A stretch of 63,011 nt of DNA, counting the filler, from Dimargaris cristalligena (taxonomy: Eukaryota): the NCBI GenBank assembly GCA_003614675.1. It is 3 parts of 3 records of this genome, joined end to end, with 100 filler letters (N's around TTAATTAATTAA, not from the genome) between each part and the next. Parts side by side here need not be neighbours in the genome. Positions count along the whole stretch, not along the records: positions 1 to 20,964 come from ML002679.1; 2 more parts are not named here. One strand, 5' to 3'. Of the stretch, positions 1-10,421 are shown piece by piece (the stretch's first letter is position 1; each line of letters opens with the position of its first letter). The translations under genes were made by a program, and so were the position numbers. The notes below the pieces were generated by a model that saw nothing but the letters and a program-made list of their open reading frames with translations, had not been told where the DNA came from and searched no databases.

Positions 1-328
1 ACCGATAAATTCAATGTGAAACAATAGAAGGGATAAAAAGAAAGGGAGAAAGCTACTTTTAGTTGTACTTTGAAAAGGGACACAGCCAGGCCAGGGGCAG
101 TGTGGATGTAGGGGTGCAGTTTGGTCAGGGGCAGGGGTGCATCATATTCAAGGGTATAAAATATAATAATAGGAAAAATAATATAATAATGAAAATGAAG
201 GAAAAATGACTATACTCATCAGGGGCAGGGGATCATTGACTCATCAGGGGTGTACTTCCGATAAGTGCAAAAAATGGATTAAAAATAAAAGTAAGTAAAA
301 AATATGGTAAGTTCACCACAGTATTAAC

Positions 329-657
329 CTTAAGAGTACCTTCCCCTGGGGACCTCCCTCTGGAGTTATCCCCTGTATATATATAACTGAGCCCCATTGG
401 GACTAGTTAGTTTCCTTAGCTTATTCATACCCCCTAGTTTACCTCAATAAATTCTATATACATTCCCCCCTCATACTAACTAGTAAGTGTGCCCACTGCA
501 TGTCCCTTGCATAATCCAATCACCTAAGCCTTTATTAGTTAGTACAGTGCCCCATCCTAATACTAGTAGCCTGCTTGGCCAAGTCTATGCCCCACCTACC
601 ATTAGAAGCCTATCCCCAAGACTCTTGACAGACTAAGAGTGGTTAATTCAGGTGACA
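329..657 (-). repeat. LTR family 1, copy A (partial, inverted relative to copies B and C)
   Basis: Reverse complement starts TGTCACC at 657 and aligns to 1029-1155 + 1463-1660 and to 60736-61065. Left limit approximate. Strand is relative to copy C; true transcriptional orientation is not established. Confidence 0.85.
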
Positions 658-699
658 CCAGTACTGGTAAATTCTTAATAATACAGCTGCACTAATTAC

Positions 700-815
700 T
701 AAACCAGGATAAATGTACTCATACCCTCACATTAATCACATCATTGGTAAATGGATTTTAATATTTGAAACAGCCTTATAGCCTATTGCAGGCATTTTGG
801 GATAGAGAAATTGAA
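700..815 (+). pseudogene. Possible degenerate reverse-transcriptase fragment
   Basis: tac tca tac cct cac att aat cac atc att (YSYPHINHII) becomes Y-x-Y-P-R-I-D-H-I-I if CpGs are restored, resembling the Ty3/Gypsy RT 'YPLPRIDDLL' motif. Short and frame-broken. Confidence 0.25.
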
Positions 816-1028
816 ATTAGTTGTACCTAAACTAATGGTAGATGTTATGGCTTGATTACCTTGTAAGAATTACCTACTCTTTCTTCCACAGTGTGGGAAT
901 TGTGTTAAGCTTCATAATGTGGTTAGCTACTAGTATTTTCTTTTTACTACCTGAAGTGACCAGTATTCCAAATAAAATAAAATTAATTCCTTGAAACTAT
1001 ATAAACTGTGGCCATTTTACTCCCCCCC

Positions 1029-1917
1029 TATCACCTGGGTTAACCACTCTTAGTCTGTCAAGAGTCCTGAGGATAGGCTTCTAACAGTAGGTGGGGCTTA
1101 GGCTTGGCTAAGTAGGCTACTAGCATCAGGTACAGGGCATGGTACTAACTAATAATGAGATAGTATCCCACCTTTAAGAGGGGACCCAGCCTTTATTGCC
1201 CAATGATAATAGTACAATATAAGGGTGGTCAGCCTTGCAGACCACCCTCTTTCCCTTATCTTTTCTCTTTTTTCATTGGGGTTCTCCCATGCTCACCTCT
1301 TACCCCATACCTGTACTTGCCCTTTGCTGCACATGGGTTCTCTTTTCTCTTTTTTCCCCTTTTATACTGTTTTCCCTTTTAGTCATATCTCTGTGACCAG
1401 TTTACTGGTCCCCCTCTATTATATATTGAAATTGGTTCAATAAATTGTCATACAGGCAATAAATACTAAGTATAGGTATAGGTAAGGGATGTGTAGTAGT
1501 GCACTTACTAGTCAGTATGAGGGGAGTGAGTATATATAAAGTTTATTGGGGGTAAACTAGGGGTAAGAATAAGCTAAGGGATCTAACTGGTCCTAATAGG
1601 GCCCAGTTATATATATGCATGGACAACTCTAAAGGGAGGTCCCAAGGGAAAGATATTACTAAGACTACAGTATAAGTAAATAAGCCAACCAGATAGCCAC
1701 TAGTATCTGGAAGACTCTGATGGTAACTGGAAGAATCTTTGGATCAGTACTTAAGTAATTAGTGCAAAGAGGTAGAGTCCAGAAAGGGAAGGGTTATATG
1801 ATATAGGATGATCCCATAGTACCAGAGGTGATTATAGGAAGGTTAATATGGTACTATAAGGCCCAGTAGGGATGGATACTAAGGTATCTAGATTAAGGAG
1901 GATTAGATGGTCTGATA
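1029..1917 (+). repeat. LTR family 1, copy B (full length, interrupted by a nested insertion)
   Basis: TATCACC...CTGATA termini (inferred ancestral TGTCA...TGACA). 889 bp minus the 303-bp insert and 4-bp duplication = 582 bp, the same length as copy C. Confidence 0.85.
1156..1458 (+). mobile_element. Nested solo-LTR-like insertion (303 bp)
   Basis: Absent from copies A and C at the aligned site. TG...CA ends flanked by ATAA on both sides (1152-1155, 1459-1462). TATA-like and AATAAA signals near its 3' end. Confidence 0.7.
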
Positions 1918-3569
1918 CTCAGACTTTGGTATTATTTTGAAAGCTAGTCATTTACTCTTTGAGTAAGGGTATTTTTATTATCACTACCTAGTTGTGGAAA
2001 GAACCAGTTACTGATCCATGGTACTCTTTAATGAATATGGTGCTTCCTATTCACGGTTGGTCCATTGTTGTAAAAGTGCATTCTGAGGGAAGATATTTAG
2101 TGGTCTTTCACACCCACGTCGTCCCTATGGTCCTTGCTATAATACTATTTATTACAAAAATAGTGGAGATGGTATAGGGACAATGCCCACTGACATGTTC
2201 CCCATTACTCCCGCATTACCCTACCTTCTTTTATTATTTTCCTGGATGACTACGCCACCTGCCTTAGACTCTCTTGTTGGTCCTCCCCAGTTTTATGACT
2301 TCTCTGTGCTAGTACTTCGTTTACTAAGGGAGCTGCCCTGTGGCATTCCTAGCCAGCCCTCAAACCGGACCACCGCATGGTGAAGGCCGGATATAATTTA
2401 ATCTAATTAGGCCGACCTTTTCCACCCTTCGTCCTAGACCAATTTGCCTAAACGCCGGCTTTTGAATTTCCCCTATAAACGGCCTGCAGTGAGTCCCGAT
2501 AGTCAGTATGGTTAAACGAGGGTGATACGATGGCAGTCCCATTCGGCTTCTCAATTACTGTACGACACTGGCTATTAATAGAAGTTTATTTTGAAATCTA
2601 GGCACTTTTGCATACGAGTGAAATTTAATACAGCTATATAATTGTTTCGAATAAGCTGTGCATAGAAAAACAGGCTGGTAGAATAGGTTTAGCCATTCCG
2701 GCGGACCTTGTTAAACGGACAATTCGCTGTATACAGTTGGACTTCAGTCCACCCATATGTAGGGTTCTTTACCCTCTCCCACCTCATTCACAGGAAAAGT
2801 GCATACTCAGCACCCAACGCTTGACAAGCGGAAGTATTCGACCTATTCCCCCAATGGGCGCGAACAACAGAGAAGGGAGGTGTAAACCCATACCAGTACG
2901 GTTGTATAATTCGTCTCTCCACCCTAAGTCTCCACTGGTGGCTAGCTGTGCGTAAAAATCACTGGTTGCGTAGAATCGTAGATTATATTTTTGGAATTCC
3001 CATTAGTGATGGGGGGAAAGGCGGGGGGGGAGGGGGGTGACCTAGATTACTTCATACTACTAAACTAGGGCACGGTCCTATCTCGTGGTCAATAACTAGT
3101 GCGCTGCTTCTCCGACCCAACGGTGTACTATTAGTTCGCTTCCTAAAGGGGACACCCCCTCGCATTATGGAACTTCGCACTGCGAAAGCCCTTGTTAACC
3201 ACCTGCGCTGCCCTGGCTGTCCCGTAAAATATCCGCGTGCAACTAATGCTTACTGTATACCCGATTTTTCAATAGAAAATGGATGATAGCACCTACGAAA
3301 TTACCCATATATACTAATAAGGCCCTTTGAAAAAAATGTATTTTAGTATAAAGCATTATCAGTGACAGTGATAAGGGAGGTTGGGGGCGCATTCCATTAT
3401 ATTATTTATAGTGTGCAGTAGCCTGCCGCATCTGTCTCAACTGTTCCACGGCTATTTTCTGTAAATTATTTTTAACTGTTGTTTGAACTACCCTGGCTAA
3501 CCCTAGGCTAACCTATACCCTTCCCATCACCTCCTCTTTCGTTTTGTTTTTACCATCGCTTTACGGAAA

Positions 3570-4388
3570 ATGCTTCATCGCCTGGCGCTTTATGGGGCCC
3601 TTGTTGTGTCCGTAATTGTAGCTGGCCAGGGCCAAGCCGAGTTAAATGACCATCCCGCCGGTGCCCAGGCCCAGGTTCAGGCCCTTGCCCGCCGCACCGT
3701 TATGTCTTGGTTTAATACCGTTCAGCGCGACTACCGGGATTCCAAGTACCGCTACTCCCGCTACCTCCAAAACCATGGCCTCAAGTATAACGACCGCTCG
3801 TGGCGGCAAAAAAGACTCTCCTATACGGATGAGCGGTTTAAGGAGAAAACCCGAACCCGTACCGCCGAAAATTCCAACGAAAATTTTAATTCACCGGTTG
3901 TCAAGGCCTATGACTTTCTGGTCAAATTAGCTCCACGCCCGAAGGTGGCTAACATTGAAAATGTGGTTACCGAACAGCCTAAACCTAAGCCCAACCCTGA
4001 CCCACAGCTGGTGGGTGCCCCCTCTCAAACTCGTCCTCTGCAGCAACAGCAGCAACAGCAACAACAGCCCCCTGCCATTAGCAACAACAACGCTCCTGAC
4101 AATGGCCAAGAGACGGTACATCCCCAGGTGCAGGCCCAGATTCAGGCCCCGGTGTCCTTCCCCTCTGCCCCGAATGAATCCGGTCCCTCTATGCCCAACA
4201 ATGGCCGCTTCGTCGGGCAGCCTGAATGGCAGTCGAACAACCATCAACCACCCAATTGGAGCCATAACCAACCTGCTCCCGCGCCCCAGCAGTATCCCTT
4301 GTACACCAACCAGGGAGCCCAACAATCCGTGGCCCAGCCCCCTCCTAATGGATACCTCCAACAATTTCCTGGTGGGTTTAATAGCTAA
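3570..4388 (+). CDS. Secreted hypothetical protein: signal peptide, basic/aromatic segment, Q/P/N-rich low-complexity tail
   Basis: 272-aa ATG ORF. MLHRLALYGALVVSVIVAGQGQA is signal-like. LARR dibasic site. Poly-Q at 4041-4067. Confidence 0.75.
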   Translation: MLHRLALYGALVVSVIVAGQGQAELNDHPAGAQAQVQALARRTVMSWFNTVQRDYRDSKYRYSRYLQNHGLKYNDRSWRQKRLSYTDERFKEKTRTRTAENSNENFNSPVVKAYDFLVKLAPRPKVANIENVVTEQPKPKPNPDPQLVGAPSQTRPLQQQQQQQQQPPAISNNNAPDNGQETVHPQVQAQIQAPVSFPSAPNESGPSMPNNGRFVGQPEWQSNNHQPPNWSHNQPAPAPQQYPLYTNQGAQQSVAQPPPNGYLQQFPGGFNS

Positions 4389-4769
4389 ACCACAAACCAC
4401 CTCCCATCCGGTCCGGCGAATACTCATCAAAATACGGCCAACCATTTCCCCAATACCCAAGTGACCGGGGGTAGCAACTACCCGCCTATTATACAGCCCG
4501 GTAATCAGAATCCCAATACTCCCATCCACATGTCCCAAGAAATGAGTTACAATCGCCCCATCCATGCGGGACCGAACCAGCTGGGAAACTACGTCGCCCA
4601 AACGGGAAATTGGGACAACTCCTAGCAGTCGCAAACCACCCAGCTCCATCCTAATGGGCAACCGATACCCGGGCCAGGGCAGGGCAGCTCCAATGATGAG
4701 GATGACTTAGACAGTCTGTATTCATTCGGTACGCCAATCGCCGCTCAGCTGGAGATTAAAAAAAGGTAG
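4389..4769 (+). pseudogene. In-frame coding-like extension of the 3570 gene beyond TAA (4386-4388) and TAG (4623-4625)
   Basis: Same frame reads TTNHLPSGPANTHQ...GNWDNS*QSQTTQLHPNGQPIPGPGQGSSNDEDDLDSLYSFGTPIAAQLEIKKR* with the same N/Q/P/G composition as the ORF tail. Confidence 0.6.
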
Positions 4770-6560
4770 TCCTTATCGTCCGATCCTGAGCCTTCCACCG
4801 TGGGCCTCGGTGGGGTTAATTAATTCCGAATTTCTTGTGTAAAACGTAGAATGTGAAGTGCAAGCAAGACTCGCGGAATCGTTCGGTAAAAGTGTAAACG
4901 GAGAAACCGTCGGGGGAATATATTTTGTATTTCACTCTCTTTCTCTCGAGAGGCATTGAGGCTATTTTGGCAGAGACTTAGTATGGTACATTATAGTAAT
5001 TTTATCTAGTGATTTCTAAATATTATTATCCTGTCGATTTTGTAAATTCCAGATCTTGTCCTTTCATACGAAGTGTATCAATAGTTACATCCACTTATAG
5101 CAACCGCCGTTGTCAACTTCTTTTTTTATCCTATTTTGCTTGATCGATAAACAATGTCGTGGGTGGTTCGATTCTACCGCCTGTTTAAATAGATTTGAGA
5201 CCTCGTAATAATGATGTGTCGAGTTGTTAAGTCACTGATGGGACATGTATCGAGCTAACCCTCATTATATATATAGTTAGGTGTAATGAAGCCGGCCTAT
5301 TGCCAATAACATTAGAAAAATCGGCAGGTCTTTAAGGAAACCTTTTAGCCCGATAGTAATAATGGAAACTGATAAACCCTATTTCCGGCCTCTTCAAATT
5401 TAGACACTATCATATGCACTAAAAAAAACAAAACAGCCAAACTCAAACCTCGCGCCTGAAGAAACACCGACGATAAGTCGCATCACACAGTCTACCAAGA
5501 ATGATTAAACCTGGACTTTCTGGTCCTAAACAGATTAATCGTATGTAAGTTCGCCTGTGATACTAAGCTGTCCCACTGTCGGCGTATTGGGCTTAGGAGT
5601 TTGCGAAATGACCTTGACTCCCTTCTCAGTACGTTTAGGGACCGTAGTGGAGGGTTCCCGATTAACATCTGCGGGAATGCTCGAAAACACAGACAGGTTG
5701 GATTCTGATATGCTGGAACATATGGCAAGTAATAGATGGAGGCGTAAGAGAAAAAGGAATTACAATTGCTAAAGTGCTCCGAAAATACGGGCTAAACTAA
5801 TAAGTATTTATTTTGACCATGATTTCCTCGAAATGTAAACTTCAATGGGTGGATGTCTGTTGTGTTTCCTTTGAAGAATTACAATTGCTTTACAAAAGGG
5901 CCCAAAAGTAAGTGCGATAGTGAATGAATTTGTTGGAAATACATCAAAAGAATTACAAGAACTAGACGCAATACTGATAGGATGGAATCTCCCAGAGTAA
6001 ACAATGACAGGATAGAAAACAAGGCAACTATAGAATTATAGAATTAATTATATGCAAGAGCTGATATCTACTACCGACAATCAACCATATCACGCTGGAT
6101 TATGCTTCGCATTTGATAGTAAATTAATGTTGGCAGCTGGTATTGTGAAAGATGGGCAGTGGTTTTTTTGATATTTTTTTTTGGAAAATGGTCTACGTGA
6201 TACTGGTCTGCATACAATAATGAGGCGACCACACCAAATACTCCGCGTAACAAGTAATTCGGTCATTAACCGGGGTAATTATTTCAAACAGATCTAACAC
6301 TACCGATTGTTACCATCCACGCCCACCTTTTCAAGACTAACTCCAACCAAACTAACATAAAAAAATGATTTATCATAAGTAAAGGTTAGAGCGGCGTTCA
6401 TTCAATGAGATATTTCCTAATAAATATACATTATGATAAATAGATAAAATCCGATTCTTGATGAAATAGGGGCTTAAAGTGTCGGGTTTTATGGCCAAGG
6501 TGCTATTGCCGGCAAAAGAAAGCATACAGTTCCAACGAGCTAGCCAATAAAATTACATTG

Positions 6561-8949
6561 CTAAACATCCAAGTGAGTCTTGAGCAGCGCTTCGATAGCG
6601 GCTAGGGTGGCCAATCGCTTATCCGGTTTGAAATACAGGTGTATGCATCCCTCATTTCGATCTGGATTGAGCAACTCCACGTCAAATCTGTTGCCATTTT
6701 AAATGTGTATATATAAAAATAAAAAATGTAAAGTGTAAATAAATTGATTAGTGGTGGAAACAATATTGGCCGAGGGAGTTGTATAATCTCGCCCCGAAAC
6801 AAAGCGAAAGCCGGTTGGTCTATTTTACAATTAAAATCCGGGACCATTAGCATTCTTTATAGCGGAGTTTGAATCCCGTAAACACGACAAATTCAGTCTA
6901 TTAGTTAGTAAGCATGCACTAGAGTATTAAAAAAATTGAACAGATGCCAGAACAGAGGATCCACTTACCGGGTGAGATAGGTTGTCACTTCGATTTCGAT
7001 TTTGAGGACCGGACCCGTGTTTAAATTGGGCATGGAGCTGAGGTGTTTAAATCGGGTGACTTCGATAGTTTCCTTGAACAAGCTAACCGTTGTGGACGGG
7101 TAATGAGGTTTACTCAAGGCAATGGCCAAGTGGTCATCAAGCACGGAAAACCCACACCGGGCCCCCTGGAACGTAGCGTTACGGGGACCAAAGGAGACTT
7201 GCACTAGGTTTAGCGAATTATCCGGGGTGGCCGGGACAATTCCGGGGCTCGATAGGTGGGTCTCAGCATCGGGTGGGACAATCCATTGCGGAGAAGAAGA
7301 GAGGGATGAAGGAACCGACGAGGGTAACGAAGAATTCGAAGCACTTGGACTATTTCGGGTGGGTACTTCAAGGCGACGTTTCTTATGGACGGATTTGGGT
7401 TTCCCGGGGTCGTTCACGAAGGGACCACCCCCGCTGCTTTTATGGTCTTTGCGGCCCGGAGACTTACCCCCGTGACTGAAAACGGTACCCGACTGAATGA
7501 CAATGGGCCCGGCCGAATCCGCCCGACCACCCCCTCCTTTGGCGGACCCGAAGGACCGAATGGCCCCGGTGACGGGATCTTCAAATTCGGTAATGGCCTG
7601 GAATAGGGAGGGTTTGGTTGGGGGTCGAGGGACCGGTCGGACTTTACCGGATGGTGAGTTGGTCGAGGAAGGAGTGGACCCGCCTTTGTTAAGGCTAAGG
7701 GTTTTCTTGGGGGTTTTACCAGTGCCGTGACCCGGGGCCGATTTACTCGAGCCAGCCGATCGATTGGCCTGATCCATGACCGGACCGGTTACCTCGGTTA
7801 CCCCCTTTAAGATTTTACCGTGCTTCCATTTAACCCCGCAGGCATTGCATAGGGTTCCCGGACCGGCCGGACCCCGGCGCCACATGGGAGTGGTGGTGTT
7901 ACCACAGTACTGACATTGTTTCGTTCCACCGGGATTATTATTATAGGTAACCGGTGTGGCGGAGCTTTTCTTGGAGGATCCCTTGGGGGGAGTGGGCTTA
8001 GCATTCGGTGTACGGGGGTTAACCTCTACGGAGGCTTGGACATGCTGTCTGGACCGCTTGGTATCATTTTTGCCTTCAACGGACGAGGCCTTGGTTGATG
8101 ACGACGGTGTGGAAGGGGGTGGTTGACTCGGGTGTCTCGCACCGGCGATTGGCCCACTGCCCGTCGGAGAAACGAGGGCATGGACATGGTCCGCAATAAA
8201 TGTATTGACATAGGTCGGGAAATCAGGCTCTTCGAGAAGCGAGGGGGGCAGCTCACAGGGCAGAAAGTAGTCCAGGGGTACGGAATAGGAGGTAGAATTA
8301 TGGGTGCTAATCGGTACGAGCGAGAAGGCGGTGGGGGCAGTGACAGCCTCGAGTGCGGAGAGGAGGTCCTCACTCACCCCCACGAGGCTCATGACTAGCG
8401 GTTGCTGGCTGGAGAAATCTGGCGGTAAATCGAAGGAAGCCAGTACCTGGATAGTTGTAACCAAGAGACAGTAGGAGCGTATAGATGGTTGGATATAGGA
8501 CACGGTCCACGCCCAAAATAGAATGCAGTTAGTGGAATGTATAACAATACCAATGGGGAATGGATATTTGGTTAGGACAGGTCTACATTATCCGTATAAT
8601 TCGAAAGGGTCGAGATGGCGCTAGAAAACCTACATGGTACGGGGCGATCATGGTGGTGGGTTCGATAACAGCCGAAGCTGGAAACCGCCACCAACCGGAG
8701 GGGTTTTCGGCGAATTGAAACACGACCTGGGGCGAAACGGAGGGGCCGTACGCCGGGATGGGTTGGGGGGAGCCTGGGCAAGAGTAGAAACGGGTCTGGT
8801 AAAAGCAGTGGGGGCCAATCATAAGGGTGGCTTCACCTAAACTCCTCCTCCCCAAAGAGTCAGCATTAGCAGCCTCCCCTGGTGCGAAGACTGACTGAAC
8901 CCATGTCTGGCGGGTTTTCAGCAATGAGGTGCAGAGGGGCGAGGGCAGT
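6561..8949 (-). CDS. GATA-type zinc-finger protein with Swc3-like N-terminal region (multi-exon; 5' exon unresolved)
   Basis: CQYCGNTTTPMWRRGPAGPGTLCNACG (C-x2-C-x18-C-x2-C). Exons 8949-8634, 8446-6969, 6687-6561 join in frame over GT-AG introns (APYH|VLASF; YLTR|FDVELL...HLDV*). An AG acceptor at 8950 implies a further upstream exon. Confidence 0.85.
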
Positions 8950-10421
8950 CTATAGGCAATGCATGGAGTGGTTTAAGGAAAGGCAGCGGCTAATTTACAT
9001 GAAGTTAGTTCGGGAGGCAACAAGATTAGGGTGAATGGGGCCATGTGGGCTTGCCTCCAGTAGACTGTGGGTAAGTTGACTGGCTTTGCAAGTCACGCAA
9101 TGCTTAGACGGCCAGTGGAGGAGGGGCTTGGCTCGGTTCGTCTACCTGTGGCTGGCTCAAAAGTACGCCTTCGTAGCCATGGGCTACTGAAGAGAATTCA
9201 CCGCCTGTAGATGAAGCCGGGCGAAACTTTGAGAGGTAGAGAAAGACCGTAAGGAGGAGGACCTACAGAGCTGAATTGACCATGGCGAATGCGGGTGCCG
9301 TGAAGAGGTGAGTCTGTCGGAGTAGATAGTAGTAGTGGGCTGAGCACGGCGGCCGCAGTTCCCGATGCAAAGAAAGAATGGATTAGAGTAGAACGGGTTT
9401 AACAAGAGAATGGGCAAAGTCCTTTAGAGCTGGAACTCTTGGGGTCTCGCATCTACACTTGCGTGTAACCAACGAGCTGGTCTGGGTGGGAACGGTGTCG
9501 TTGCTATGGCATTGCCTGCAAGTTAATAGTTGATTGATATACTGGGCCATACCGCGGGGGCAATGTATATCCAGCCTGCTGAACCGTGGCTGTACTGCAC
9601 TACATTGAATCACTATATAGCTCGATCCAGAGCGCTGACGCGTGGTATCCCGTGGTTTCAGAGGCCCTCAGTTTGGTCCACCAGGTTGTTCTAACCCTAC
9701 CCTGAGGGCCGGCCCGGGCAATTCCTAGGATGGCGTAACTATGTTGAAGGGTACGAGCGAAAGTCGAAGGAACGGAGTATTAAAAAAGGGCCTAGGCGGA
9801 TGCGACCCAAATCAATCATCCAATGGACGGGACCCGCTAGAAACAATCATTTAACGAGATGGGCTCGCCAGATACTAACTGGCGTGTTTAGTGGGCGGTA
9901 TCTCACATTACCGGTCGACTGAACCCTGCGGTCTGGGAATGGTTTACAGGGCAGCAAAGCGGGCTATTAGACCAGGGGATCATTGTCAAAACTAACGCCG
10001 AGGAAAACAATTTCGAGCGATGGGGCCTTGTATAGGGCTAATGGGAAGACAACAGGCCAGAACCACCTTTTATAACCCGTCCAAATGAAGCGCCTTGGCT
10101 GACTAACCCACAGCCGGTTGATCCCTGGTAAGGAGGCCTAGCCTAGCCATGTGCAAGTCCGACTCTAGTCGTACCTCTAATGAAGTGTCCTTTATAGTTG
10201 ATTCCTCTCTTGCCTTGTTCTGTTTCCAGCATTCCCATCTCGTATTCTATTCAACTTCTCCCTACTTCCGATAATTGGTATCATAGTAGCCCTAAGCTCA
10301 TCTTTCTCCCCCTCTCCCCTCGACCACCCTTTGTTCAATTTCGATTGTCCGTTTACATTCCCTTACATTCTCTCTTTTCCGAGTGTGTCGCTACAGCTCC
10401 AATCCGCTCTCTGTTCTCACC

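Larger units (their letters stand above)
1..2050. mobile_element. Field of decayed, nested LTR-retrotransposon remnants, CpG-depleted
   Basis: By hand count only 2 CpG (3-4, 259-260) before position 2054. No credible long ORF. Contains two copies of an LTR also found at 60736-61317. Confidence 0.85.

Noticed and set aside
1918..2378. Stop-riddled minus-strand frame starting MRWSGL next to LTR copy B
   Set aside because: Stop density is not clearly below random and I recognise no domain.
4386..4625. Genome-wide TAA/TAG-to-Gln code reassignment
   Set aside because: Conserved genes end at the expected place with TAA (RPN10, GUS1, eIF3k) or TAG (VMA11) and have no internal TAR codons.
5161..5183. 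tRNA T-arm-like hairpin GGTGGTTCGATTCTACC
   Set aside because: No D arm, anticodon arm or acceptor-stem partner upstream.
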